64,000 nt of DNA. Source: an uncultured Nitrospiraceae bacterium. Lineage in GTDB: Bacteria; Nitrospirota; Nitrospiria; Nitrospirales; Nitrospiraceae. Position numbers and translations under genes: made by a program. The notes beneath the pieces were generated by a model that worked only from the letters and a program-made list of their open reading frames with translations, had not been told where the DNA came from and did no database searches. The stretch covers positions 672,001 through 736,000 of the forward strand of contig CAVSTP010000003.1 of NCBI GenBank assembly GCA_963730935.1, given 5' to 3'. Of this stretch, positions 10,685-20,472 are shown one piece after another. The number at the start of each line of letters is the position of its first letter. The first letter of the stretch is position 1.

Positions 10685-12149
10685 ATGAGGACGACAATGC
10701 AAGGACGGTTCAGACCTCCATGTGCCTACCTACTGCTTTTCGTAATGTCGGTCATGGTCGGATGCGAATATGTCCGTCCGACCCTCAACGCCCCCTTGGA
10801 AAAATGGGTGCCTGACGGCGGATATCGTTTCGTCAATGTCGCTCGGCCAGAGGCGGACAACACGGATAGTTTGCTCTTTGTCGCCGCCTTTTCGGGCGGC
10901 GGAACCCGCGCCTCAACCCTCGCATTTGGTGCTCTTCGAGAGCTCGCGCACCAGCAGATCGTTTGGGAAGGCAAACAGAAGCGGCTGCTCGATGAACTCG
11001 ACCTGATCCATGCCTTATCCGGAGGCACGTTTACCGGCGGCTACTATGCGCTGTATCGCGACCAAATCTTCCATGACTTTGAATACCGCTTTCTTCGGAA
11101 GGACTGGGAGACCGAATTGAGACACCGGGTATTTCGGTCCCCCAGTAATTGGGTTCGGCTGTGGTCGCCCTATTTCGGCCGGGCGCATCTGATGGCCGAA
11201 CTGCTGAATGAAGCGTTGTTCGATCATAAAACCTATGGGGACCTGGCTGCCCTCCAACAACGACCGATGCTCATCATTCACGCCTCGGACATGGCCACTT
11301 TGGCTCGGTTTGAATTTACGCAATTTCAGTTCGATTTCCTCTGTTCGGATCTTAGCCAATTGCCGATCGCTGACGCCTCTGCGGCCTCTGCTGCCCTTCC
11401 TCTTGTGCTGAGTCCGATCTCCTTAAAAAATTACGCAGGCAAGTGCGAGCTTTGAAGCGCCGGCCTGGTTGGCTCAAGCCAAGAGGGGAGGCCGAATCGG
11501 TGCACAGCGCGCCAACGAAATGCTCTCCTTCATGGACGCGGAAAAACGTCCTTATATTCATCTGCTCGATGGAGGCCTCTCGGACAATCTCGCGCTCCGA
11601 GGAATTATCGAAGGCAGCGGTCTGCAAGGATCATTTGAAAAGTTACTCGTTATGGCCCGTGTGAAGAATGTGAAGAAATTGGTGATTCTCGCGGTCAATG
11701 CCGAAACCTCTCCTGACGTCCTCGAATTCCGTAGCGACCATGTCCCCGTCATCTCCAAAGCGATGAGCTCCATGATCGATATTCCGATCAACCGGTATTC
11801 TTTTGATACGACCACGCTCATTAGTATGGGAGTGGAGAAGTGGAAAGCGGAGCTAAAAGCAAAACCAAGAGGTCCGGACAGTCCCTGGGCGAAGGATGCC
11901 GAGATTTATTTCATCAACGCCAGCTTGAGTGAAATAGAGGATCCCGACGAGCGTGTGTCGCTGATGAAAATCCCGACCACGCTGTATCTGAACGATGAGC
12001 AGATCGACCGGCTGGTGATGGCGGCATCCAAGCTGATCCGCGGCAACAAGGAGTTTCAGAGGCTGATGAAGGATATCAAGGCTCCCTCCGATGGTTCAGT
12101 GACAGCGCTTGAGAATGAAAAGCTTGATAAGGGGCAGACAGCTCACTAA
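10685..12149 (+). CDS. Patatin-like phospholipase (lipoprotein-type), frameshift near 11450
   Basis: FSGGGTRA, ALSGG, ASAALP in ORF 10685-11455; HLLDGGLSDNL in ORF 11469-12149. Confidence 0.85.
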
Positions 12150-12305
12150 TAGAGATGCAATCAATGGTTCAGGGGCCGGTCACCCGCCGCCGCTTTCCAT
12201 GCCCTGTTACTTTTGACAGTTCCAGGAGCCGGCGAATGGTGATATGCATGCCGCTCGCTCAAGCGGTAACCAGGGGTGTGTGACCTTCAACTGAAAGGAT
12301 GCGTC

Positions 12306-12782
12306 ATGACGATCAGGTTGATTTTGTGTGTATTTACCGGCATTTTCCTGCTGGCGGTTCCCGCCTTTGCTGAGCCGGCCTCAGATACGAACATGGAGAT
12401 CCTGAAGGAAAAACTTAAAGCCGACAAGAAACTGCTGATTGCCGGCAACATGGACCTTACCGACGCCGAAGCCAAACAGTTCTGGCCGCTGTACGACGAC
12501 TATCAAAAAGATCTTGAAGGCATCAACAAGCAGCTTGGTCAAACGATCAAGGAGTATGCGGATGCCTTCAACAAGGGGACGATTTCAAATGACACGGCAA
12601 AAAAGCTGCTCAACGAAGCCCTAACGGTCGAGGAGCAAGAGGTCAAGTTGAAACGCTCTTCTGCCGAGAAGCTTGGCAAGGTGCTGCCCGAGACTAAGGT
12701 TGCCCGCTATATCCAATTGGAAACCAAAATCCGGTCCCTGATCAAATTCGAGATGGCGCAACAAATTCCGCTGGTCTACTAG
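12306..12782 (+). CDS. Conserved periplasmic helical protein (Spy/CpxP-like)
   Basis: Signal peptide ending AFA; MDLTDAEAKQFWPLYDDYQ; KVARYIQLETKIR. Confidence 0.7.
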   Translation: MTIRLILCVFTGIFLLAVPAFAEPASDTNMEILKEKLKADKKLLIAGNMDLTDAEAKQFWPLYDDYQKDLEGINKQLGQTIKEYADAFNKGTISNDTAKKLLNEALTVEEQEVKLKRSSAEKLGKVLPETKVARYIQLETKIRSLIKFEMAQQIPLVY

Positions 12783-12803
12783 GCCCAAACTAGCATACGT
12801 TTG

Positions 12804-12838
12804 ACCGTGACCCCTCGCTCGATCGGAGGGGTCACGGC
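12804..12838 (+). terminator. Hairpin after the 12306..12782 gene (terminator or processing stem)
   Basis: ccgtgacccctc...gaggggtcacgg inverted repeat with a weak T tail. Confidence 0.45.
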
Positions 12839-12869
12839 GGTTTGTGTCGTGACGTCGGAGGGGAGCGAT

Positions 12870-13742
12870 ATGCCGGCAACTGATTCCAGCACTGTTCCAC
12901 TCATTCAACAGATATTTCATCCATCCGATTTCACTCCTGCCAGCGATAGTGCGTTTGTACACGCGCTGAAAATTGCACTGCTGGCGAAGGCCGAGTTGAC
13001 CATTCTCCATGTTTCGCCAAAACATGAATTAGAATGGACGGAATTCCCCGGCGTCCGATCGACGCTGGAACGCTGGAGACTCCTGCCCAAGAACAGTTCC
13101 CAGGCGGACGTGCTAAGGCTCGGCATCAACGTCAAGAAGGTTCAGGCCAAGCACGACGATCCCGTAACATCTGTCACGGGTTATTTGAGCACGCACAACA
13201 CAGATCTGATCGTCCTGGCCACCGACCAGCAGAAAGGACGGGTGCAGTGGCTGAGCCAGTCGATCGCCGCTCCCATCGCGCGCAAATCCCGTCAAATGAC
13301 ACTCTTCATGCCCAAAGGCGTTGAAGGATTCGTGTCAGCGCGGGATGGATCCATTTCGCTCACGAGCATCCTGATCCCCGTGGCGGAAACCCCGCCGGCG
13401 CAGCCGGCGATTCAGGCTGCCGCGCGAATGGCCAGCGGGCTGAATAGCTTATCGGGGGTATTCACAATTCTTCATGTCGGAGAAAAAACGGCTATGCCTG
13501 AGGTCCAGTTCACGGATGTGTCTGGTTGGAGTTGGAACACCGTGGTCCAGTCGGGCGACGTCGTCGACGTCATCAGCGAAACGGCAGCGGCAGTCAAAGC
13601 CGGACTGATCGTCCTGACGACAGAGGGGCGAAATGGGTTTCTCGATGCTCTACGTGGAAGCCATAGCGAACGAATTCTTCAACGAACTCCTTGTCCGCTG
13701 TTGGTGATTCCTGCGAGCGGCTTCATGGCCTCTGTGGTCTAG
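12870..13742 (+). CDS. Universal stress protein, two Usp domains
   Basis: IFHPSDFTPASDSAF...LTILHV; LIVLTTEGRNGFLDALRGSHSERILQRTPCPLLVIP. Confidence 0.9.
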   Translation: MPATDSSTVPLIQQIFHPSDFTPASDSAFVHALKIALLAKAELTILHVSPKHELEWTEFPGVRSTLERWRLLPKNSSQADVLRLGINVKKVQAKHDDPVTSVTGYLSTHNTDLIVLATDQQKGRVQWLSQSIAAPIARKSRQMTLFMPKGVEGFVSARDGSISLTSILIPVAETPPAQPAIQAAARMASGLNSLSGVFTILHVGEKTAMPEVQFTDVSGWSWNTVVQSGDVVDVISETAAAVKAGLIVLTTEGRNGFLDALRGSHSERILQRTPCPLLVIPASGFMASVV

Positions 13743-13788
13743 GGGCACTTGTCCGTTGGAAGCACTGGTAGTGAAGAACGCAGGGCGC

Positions 13789-14565
13789 ATGACTCGATCG
13801 GGAGCCCACATAAGTCTTGTGCTGATGATTGCGTTGGCGACGGGTTGCTCCAGTTCAATCTATGGCTGGCAGGTGCGAACCGGTTCTGCAGAGTTCGCGC
13901 CCTCGTTCGATCCGGCAAGACTTACACAAGAGCCAGCCGCAGTGTTCGGGGCTCTTACGATGCCAGGACTCCGCGGAAATGAGGTAGGTTTGGACTTCAT
14001 GCTCGCTCAAGTGCTGCATCGAGTCGCCCCTCAGATACAGATTGTCAGCCCGCAGCGCAGCATGTCGAAAATCAATGAACTGGGTCTGGCATCGGAATAC
14101 ACGCAGATGCGGGCGGATGCGGAGCAGAGCCATATTCTCAATCGTGAAACCTTGAAAAAGCTTGGAACGGCAATTGGCGTTCGGTATGTCTTCCAGCCCC
14201 GTTTGGCTGCTTTCACCCAAACCATGTACGATCGCTGGACTTTTCCCGGTTTGGGAGTGCTCCTCATGCAGGTTCGAACGAGCAACTTGCGAATGTCACT
14301 CCAGCTGTGGAATACGGAAACCGGTGAGCTGCTGTGGGCCTCGATAGCGGAAGGGACCATGCAGAGTGAAGCCGTGTCGAAGGATCCCGTCTATTTTGAG
14401 GATGCGGCACGGGTTGCGTTGGGCAGCATCGTCTCAGACTTTCTGAATCGCCAGACGGCGTCAACCTACACTCCACTGGATAAGCTCCTCGACCAATTAA
14501 TTCAGGTTCCGTCGCCGGAAGAAACAGCGAGGAGCACGAACACAAATCCCCCACGGAGTCAATAG
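13789..14565 (+). CDS. Hypothetical lipoprotein
   Basis: Lipobox LATGC; LQLWNTETGELLWAS resembles CsgG/LpoB-like folds; paralogue at 575..1361. Confidence 0.75.
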   Translation: MTRSGAHISLVLMIALATGCSSSIYGWQVRTGSAEFAPSFDPARLTQEPAAVFGALTMPGLRGNEVGLDFMLAQVLHRVAPQIQIVSPQRSMSKINELGLASEYTQMRADAEQSHILNRETLKKLGTAIGVRYVFQPRLAAFTQTMYDRWTFPGLGVLLMQVRTSNLRMSLQLWNTETGELLWASIAEGTMQSEAVSKDPVYFEDAARVALGSIVSDFLNRQTASTYTPLDKLLDQLIQVPSPEETARSTNTNPPRSQ

Positions 14566-14569
14566 ACCT

Positions 14570-15019
14570 ATGAAGGCCGTCCGGAAGCATCAATCGCGCA
14601 CATCTCTTCGATGGTCGATGGCAGTGCTGGCCCTCTTTTGCCTCGCAATGAGCCCTGCCTGTGAAACGACGGATCGTTCCGAGCCGCCGCAATGGGTGCA
14701 GTTCCCCATTACCGACGTCTCCGAGGTTGCGGGAAAGTGGGATGGCCTCATGCGTCGAATACCGCCCGATCGAAGGGACGACTGGGTCACGGTCGCCATC
14801 GGCCCTGATGGAAAATATGAGTTCAGTAGCCTCCGAACCATCGGAGTCTTCAGCGGCCATGGTGAGTTTGCCCTCAACGAGGGAAGATTAGTCTCGAAAT
14901 CCGAACGAGGGACCGTCGAAGCGGTCCTCTATCAGGACGGTACCCACCGCATGCTCAAGGCCAAAGGCCGCGCTGCCGATGGAATGGAGTACACAGCAGA
15001 GGTAAAACCAGCCAAATGA
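14570..15019 (+). CDS. Hypothetical lipoprotein/exported protein
   Basis: Signal-like N-terminus with Cys (SPAC); VAGKWDG; in operon context. Confidence 0.65.
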   Translation: MKAVRKHQSRTSLRWSMAVLALFCLAMSPACETTDRSEPPQWVQFPITDVSEVAGKWDGLMRRIPPDRRDDWVTVAIGPDGKYEFSSLRTIGVFSGHGEFALNEGRLVSKSERGTVEAVLYQDGTHRMLKAKGRAADGMEYTAEVKPAK

Positions 15020-15065
15020 ACGCTACCACACGATTCACCGGGTACGACCCATCGGGAGAACGACT

Positions 15066-16562
15066 ATGATGATTCGCGCTCTGACATTGGCTCGACAGCC
15101 TGTGAAGAATCTCTTTCTAGTGATACTGCTGGCAGCGGCAGCCGGCGCCTGCTCGATTAATCCTGTCAGCAACCTTCCAGAGGTCACTCTCATCACCGTC
15201 GAGCAAGAGAAGAAAATTGGCGAAGAGGAATCGAAGAAGGTTGAGCAGGAAATGGGCTTGCTCGATGACGCCGCTTTAACAAGTTATGTTGACGCGGTTG
15301 GCCAACGGCTTGTCAAGGAATCGCCACGACACGACCTGCCACACCAATTCCATGTCGTGGATATGGTCGAGCCGAACGCCTTTGCGCTTCCCGGCGGCTA
15401 TGTGTACGTCACGCGCGGGTTACTGGCGTTGGTCAATACTGAAGACGAGTTGGCCGGGGTAGTCGGCCATGAAATTGGGCACGTCGCTGCGAGGCATACA
15501 GTCCAGAGGATATCCCGCCAAGGGCCGTTCGCGCTCATCACCAATCTCGTGTCAGGCGTGACCGGCTTTTTTGTTCCGGTCGTCGGAAATATCGTCGGAG
15601 GCGTGGGCAATTTCGCCCAGAGTCTCGTGTTTTCTCCGTATAGCCGGTCCCAGGAGAGTCAGGCGGATGAAGTCGGACAGGAGATGGCGGCCAAGGCCGG
15701 CTGGGATCCTGTTGGACTCGCCACCTTTTTGGCCACCCTGGGGCGTGAGGAAGCGCTATTAAGCGACGGCCCACGCAAGCCCAGCTTCTTCGACTCCCAT
15801 CCTGCCACGCCGGATCGAGTCAAGAATACGACGAAGCACGCGAAGGGTCTCACACAGGCCAAGCGAGAACCAATTTCGCCTTCACATGACGCCTTCCTTG
15901 CGAGGCTTGACGGTCTCGTCGCGGGTCAGCGGGCCGCGAACGGCATTATTCAGGGATCGACCTACCGCCACCCTGATTTGAACTTTTTTGTCCAGTTCCC
16001 GGCCTCGTGGAATGTAGACAATACGCCCGTGCAATTGGCCGCGGCGCCGAAAGATGGGGGCACAGCAGTCGTCCTCCGTGCTGTCGCCCAGGGGAATGAT
16101 CCTCTGGACGGGGCCCGCGCCTTGGAAAAGGCCAGCAAGTCCACGCTCCCCAGAACGGAGACGACGACGATCAACGGGCTGCCTGCAGCCCGCACGCAGG
16201 TGGGCGACTCCAGGTTGAAGGTCGATCTCACGTGGATCGCCCATGGCGGCATGATTTACCAAATCGCGGGCATCGGGGAGACCAGGAATTTTGACACCGT
16301 TCGCCCGGTGTTCCAGACGGTCGTTGAGAGTTTCCGCCCTCTGTCTCCTGACGAGCGAAAGAACATCCGTGAAAAACGGATTCGTCTTGTAAAAGCGAAA
16401 GAAGGGGAAACGGTGAAGGAATTGACTGCCCGCTCGCAATCGGCCTGGAAGGCCAATCAAGTGGCCGTCGCGAATAATCTCGAGGAATCGGACCGTCTGC
16501 GGGAAGGACAGTTGATCAAAATCACCGTCGAAGAACCCTATGCCGGAAAACAACAGCGATGA
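15066..16562 (+). CDS. M48 zinc metalloprotease lipoprotein with C-terminal LysM-like domain
   Basis: AGACS lipobox, PNAFALPGGYVY, HEIGH, YSRSQESQAD, SHP; C-terminal VKAKEGETVKEL...NNL...LREGQLIKI. Confidence 0.9.
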   Translation: MMIRALTLARQPVKNLFLVILLAAAAGACSINPVSNLPEVTLITVEQEKKIGEEESKKVEQEMGLLDDAALTSYVDAVGQRLVKESPRHDLPHQFHVVDMVEPNAFALPGGYVYVTRGLLALVNTEDELAGVVGHEIGHVAARHTVQRISRQGPFALITNLVSGVTGFFVPVVGNIVGGVGNFAQSLVFSPYSRSQESQADEVGQEMAAKAGWDPVGLATFLATLGREEALLSDGPRKPSFFDSHPATPDRVKNTTKHAKGLTQAKREPISPSHDAFLARLDGLVAGQRAANGIIQGSTYRHPDLNFFVQFPASWNVDNTPVQLAAAPKDGGTAVVLRAVAQGNDPLDGARALEKASKSTLPRTETTTINGLPAARTQVGDSRLKVDLTWIAHGGMIYQIAGIGETRNFDTVRPVFQTVVESFRPLSPDERKNIREKRIRLVKAKEGETVKELTARSQSAWKANQVAVANNLEESDRLREGQLIKITVEEPYAGKQQR

Positions 16563-17107
16563 GCTCTTCTTCTGACTCGCATGCCTCGGCGGGAGTCTCC
16601 ACCGGTCCAGACGGCGGGCGCCGACGGTTTTTTCAGTTGGTCATCAAGGCGTCGGCCGGCTTGATCGGGCTCAGCCTTGCGGTTCCTTTGGTCGGCTACC
16701 TCGTCTCTCCGGCATTCAAGCGGCGGGCGCAGCAGTGGGTGGACGTGGCCTCTGCGGGCGAGCTGCCGGCCGGCGTTCCCAAACAGTTGGAGTACGTAGC
16801 GACTATTCAGGACGGCTATCTCGAAACCAAGACGCAAAAGGCCGTCTGGGCGGTGAAACAGGCCAACGGAGAAGTCACGGTGTTTTCTCCCATGTGCACT
16901 CACCTGGGGTGCGGCTATCACTGGGACGGCGCAGGGCAACAGTTCAAGTGTCCCTGCCATGGCAGCGTGTTCGACATCTCGGGACGTGTCGTTGCGGGAC
17001 CGGCGCCGCGGCCGCTGGATGCCTTGCCTACAAAGATCGAGAACGGTCGTCTCCTTGTGGTGTTCAAGGAGTTCAAGTCGGGAGTTGCGAAACAGCTCGA
17101 ACTGTAA
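16559..17107 (+). CDS. qcrA: Rieske 2Fe-2S subunit of a cytochrome bc-type complex
   Basis: Tat motif RRRFF plus TM helix, CTHLGC, CPCHGSVF, GPAPRPL. Confidence 0.92.
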   Translation: MSSSSDSHASAGVSTGPDGGRRRFFQLVIKASAGLIGLSLAVPLVGYLVSPAFKRRAQQWVDVASAGELPAGVPKQLEYVATIQDGYLETKTQKAVWAVKQANGEVTVFSPMCTHLGCGYHWDGAGQQFKCPCHGSVFDISGRVVAGPAPRPLDALPTKIENGRLLVVFKEFKSGVAKQLEL

Positions 17108-17145
17108 TGGGCAAGGTGAGTCACGCTTGTGCGTGAGGAGGGGCT

Positions 17146-18666
17146 ATGGATGAGGTCGACGGACGACGCGCCCGGAACGCCATGACCCCTGACGCGCGGT
17201 TGTTCAACCGATGGTTTCTCTGGACGCTGTGGTGTGCGCTGGCCATGACGTCGACCACCGTCATGACGGTCGATGCCGCTCCAGCGACGAAAGCGCACAG
17301 TGCGAAAGCCAAGGGCAGCTCGTCTCAAGGGAAATCGGCTGCCCAAAAGGGCGGCACGATTCCGGCCATCCTGACGGATGCTCCCAAAGTACCGCCGCGT
17401 ATCACGCGCCGTCACCCAAGCAAGGTCGTCGTCGAACTAGAGGTGAGCGAGGTCAACCTGTCGATGGCCGACGGCGTCGAATACACCTTCTGGACCTTCG
17501 GCGGAAAAGTTCCCGGAAAATTCATTCGAGTGCGGCAAGGCGATACGGTCGAATTCCACCTCATGAACCATCCCGACAGCCGGTTCCCTCATAACATCGA
17601 CCTCCATGCGGTGACCGGCCCAGGCGGTGGAGCTGCCAGCAGCAACACCGCACCAGGGCGCCGCACGCAATTCACGTTCAAGGCGCTCAATCCAGGGCTC
17701 TACGTCTATCACTGCGCGACGGCGCCGGTCGGCGAGCACGTCGCCAATGGCATGTACGGACTGATCCTGGTCGAGCCGCCAGGGGGATTGGCTCCAGTGG
17801 ATCGTGAGTATTATGTGGTGCAGAGCGATTTTTATACCAAAGGACCGCACCATGAGAAAGGTCATCAACCCTTCGACATGGAAAAAGCCATCGAGGAACA
17901 TCCCACCTATGTCGTGTTTAACGGCGCCGAAGGGTCCTTGTTGGGTGACAAGGCGCTCAAGGCCAAAGTCGGGGAACGTGTCCGTCTGTTTGTAGGAAAC
18001 GGCGGACCGAACCTCGTCTCCAGTTTCCATGTCATCGGCGAGATCTTCGACCGGGTCTATGCGGAAGCTGGTACCCGCTACTCTGAGCACATTCAAACCA
18101 CGCTTGTCCCGGCAGGAGGAGCAGCCATCGTGGAGTTTAAGGTGGAAGTTCCCGGTTCCTACAAACTCGTGGACCATTCCATTCTGCGCGCGTTCAACAA
18201 AGGGGCGCTTGGGGAGTTGAAGGTCGAAGGGCCGGAGGCAAAGGGAACTTATTCAGGGAAGCAGGCGGAATCGGACTATCAGCCGAAAGTCGGCGTGACC
18301 GGCAAGCCTGCCATGGCGGCCGCGACGATGACCTCCGGAGTGGGTGGTCAGCGCCTCTATCAAACCTACTGCATGGGATGTCACCAGGCCGAGGGACAGG
18401 GGATTCCGGGCACGTTTCCGCCACTCGCGAAATCGGACTACCTCTTGGCCGAAACCTCCCGATCAATCGACACGGTTGTCAACGGTCTTCACGGACCCAT
18501 TGAGGTGAACGGGCAACCGTACAATGGGACCATGCCGCCGATGGGGCATCTGAAGGATGAAGAGATTGCCGATATTTTGACTTACGTACGGAGTTCATGG
18601 GGCAACGAGGCCAATCCCATTTCGGCGGCGGAAGTGGCGGCCGTGCGGGCGAAGATTTCTCATTGA
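17146..18666 (+). CDS. nirK: Copper nitrite reductase (AniA-type) fused to C-terminal cytochrome c
   Basis: [37 protein letters not shown]-terminal CMGCH...FPPLA...YNGTMP. Confidence 0.95.
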   Translation: MDEVDGRRARNAMTPDARLFNRWFLWTLWCALAMTSTTVMTVDAAPATKAHSAKAKGSSSQGKSAAQKGGTIPAILTDAPKVPPRITRRHPSKVVVELEVSEVNLSMADGVEYTFWTFGGKVPGKFIRVRQGDTVEFHLMNHPDSRFPHNIDLHAVTGPGGGAASSNTAPGRRTQFTFKALNPGLYVYHCATAPVGEHVANGMYGLILVEPPGGLAPVDREYYVVQSDFYTKGPHHEKGHQPFDMEKAIEEHPTYVVFNGAEGSLLGDKALKAKVGERVRLFVGNGGPNLVSSFHVIGEIFDRVYAEAGTRYSEHIQTTLVPAGGAAIVEFKVEVPGSYKLVDHSILRAFNKGALGELKVEGPEAKGTYSGKQAESDYQPKVGVTGKPAMAAATMTSGVGGQRLYQTYCMGCHQAEGQGIPGTFPPLAKSDYLLAETSRSIDTVVNGLHGPIEVNGQPYNGTMPPMGHLKDEEIADILTYVRSSWGNEANPISAAEVAAVRAKISH

Positions 18667-18679
18667 AGAGGACCTGACC

Positions 18680-19030
18680 ATGAATCGGGGGCTGTTTGCA
18701 GCGTTATGTGCAGGACTGGTTCTTGGACTACTGTTGTGGGGCACCCGGGTCGTCGATGCCGGCGATCCTGCAAAGGGTAAGGCGCTCTATGAGAAGCACT
18801 GCCTCGTCTGTCACGGGCCGCAAGGCAAGGGAGACGGACCGGCAGGAAAAGCCCTCAAGCCGCCCGCCGCCGACTTCACGAGTCCGGAAAGTAAAAAGAA
18901 GCCCGAGGCCGACTTGAGGCAAGTGCTCGAAAACGGAAAACCTGGTACTGGCATGGGTCCGTGGAAGAGTCAGCTGCGCCAATCTGAGCTGAACGAACTG
19001 ATGGGCTATGTCATGACTCTGAGAGAATAG
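18680..19030 (+). CDS. Monoheme class I cytochrome c
   Basis: Signal peptide, CLVCHGPQGKGDG, GKPGTGMGPW. Confidence 0.92.
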   Translation: MNRGLFAALCAGLVLGLLLWGTRVVDAGDPAKGKALYEKHCLVCHGPQGKGDGPAGKALKPPAADFTSPESKKKPEADLRQVLENGKPGTGMGPWKSQLRQSELNELMGYVMTLRE

Positions 19031-19059
19031 CCGTTTATCAGTGGCAGGAGAAGCGTGCG

Positions 19060-20388
19060 ATGACATCCCGCATCTATGAGTGGCTGGATAGTCGGCTGAA
19101 GCTCAAGTCTCTCGAAAAAACATTGTTAGACGAGCCGATCCCCGGCGGAGCCAGCTGGATCTACGTCTTTGGCTCGGCCACGCTCTTCCTCTTTATTCTC
19201 CAAGCGGTCACCGGCATGTTCCTGGCCGTCTATTACGCGCCGACCCCGGACCATGCGTACGACAGTGTGCAGTTCATCGAGCAGCAGATTACGTTTGGCT
19301 GGTTCGTCCGCGGCCTTCACCACTGGGGTGCGTCAGGGATGGTGATCGCAGTCGGCCTGCACATGCTGCAAGTGTTTCTCTACGGCGCGTTCAAGCCGCC
19401 GCGCGAATTGATGTGGATGGTCGGCGTCGCATTGTTCTTCCTCGTCATGGGGTTCGCCTTTACCGGCTACCTGCTCCCCTGGGACCAAACTGCCTACTGG
19501 GCCACACAGGTGGGCATCAACATGGTGGGCACGGTTCCGCTCGTCGGTGACTTTCTGGTGAAGGTCATGCGTGGCGGAGAGACGCTGGGTGCTCTGACGC
19601 TCTCACGGTTTTTTGCGGTTCATGTGCTGTTTCTTCCGGCGCTCATTGTCACGGGGATTGTCGTGCATCTCTTCATCCTTCGGCGGGTCGGACCGGCCGG
19701 TCCCTGGGATGAACGCAAAGCGGCGGCCGTCCGTGAACCTTTTTATCCTCGCCAAGTCTACATGGATGCGGTGGTGATGGTGGCGGTCTTTCTTGTCCTG
19801 GTCTTCTTGGCGACCTTCGTACCGTTTCCGCTGGCCGACAAAGCCAACCCCGCGGATACCAGTTTTGTGCCGGTGCCGGAATGGTATTTTCTCTTCTATT
19901 ATGAGTTACTGAAGCACGTCCATGGTCCGCTGGAACCGTTGGCCACGTGGGTACTACCGGCAATTGCGATTGCAGTGATGCTGCTCTGGCCGTTTCTCGA
20001 CTGGCAAAAAAATGTCCGGGCTCCGGCCTCGCGCCCGGTGGGTATGGCCGTCGTCGCCGTGTTTCTCATCACAGTCTTTTCTCTCCTAGGCATCTCGTTG
20101 AAAAGCCTATACGGCATGAAGCGAACGGATCCGGCGATTGTGCACGGTCAGTCGCTGTATACGAATCTCGGTTGCTTGGGGTGTCATCGCATCCATGGCA
20201 ACGGTGGCGCGATCGGACCGGATCTCTCTTATGAAGGGGACGCCCGTCCGGATCGGGAATGGCACATCAAGCATTTCCATGATCCGCAATCGGTGTCGCC
20301 GGGATCGATCATGCCGAAATTTCCATTGACCGAGGCGGAACTGCAAGATCTGACGAGTTACATACTGAGTCTCAAGCGGACGACGTAA
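19060..20388 (+). CDS. qcrB: Cytochrome b (unsplit) fused to C-terminal cytochrome c
   Basis: RGLHHWGAS...LHMLQ, FTGYLLPWDQ, FFAVH...VVHL, Qo motif PEWY, then CLGCH...GPDLS...SIMP. Confidence 0.93.
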   Translation: MTSRIYEWLDSRLKLKSLEKTLLDEPIPGGASWIYVFGSATLFLFILQAVTGMFLAVYYAPTPDHAYDSVQFIEQQITFGWFVRGLHHWGASGMVIAVGLHMLQVFLYGAFKPPRELMWMVGVALFFLVMGFAFTGYLLPWDQTAYWATQVGINMVGTVPLVGDFLVKVMRGGETLGALTLSRFFAVHVLFLPALIVTGIVVHLFILRRVGPAGPWDERKAAAVREPFYPRQVYMDAVVMVAVFLVLVFLATFVPFPLADKANPADTSFVPVPEWYFLFYYELLKHVHGPLEPLATWVLPAIAIAVMLLWPFLDWQKNVRAPASRPVGMAVVAVFLITVFSLLGISLKSLYGMKRTDPAIVHGQSLYTNLGCLGCHRIHGNGGAIGPDLSYEGDARPDREWHIKHFHDPQSVSPGSIMPKFPLTEAELQDLTSYILSLKRTT

Positions 20389-20472
20389 TATCCATGCTAG
20401 GGCAAGCCCTGCTTGACGATGTCGGGAGGGCAATTGTATAAGAAACACCCTTCCTCGTTTGCCGGAGGACGT

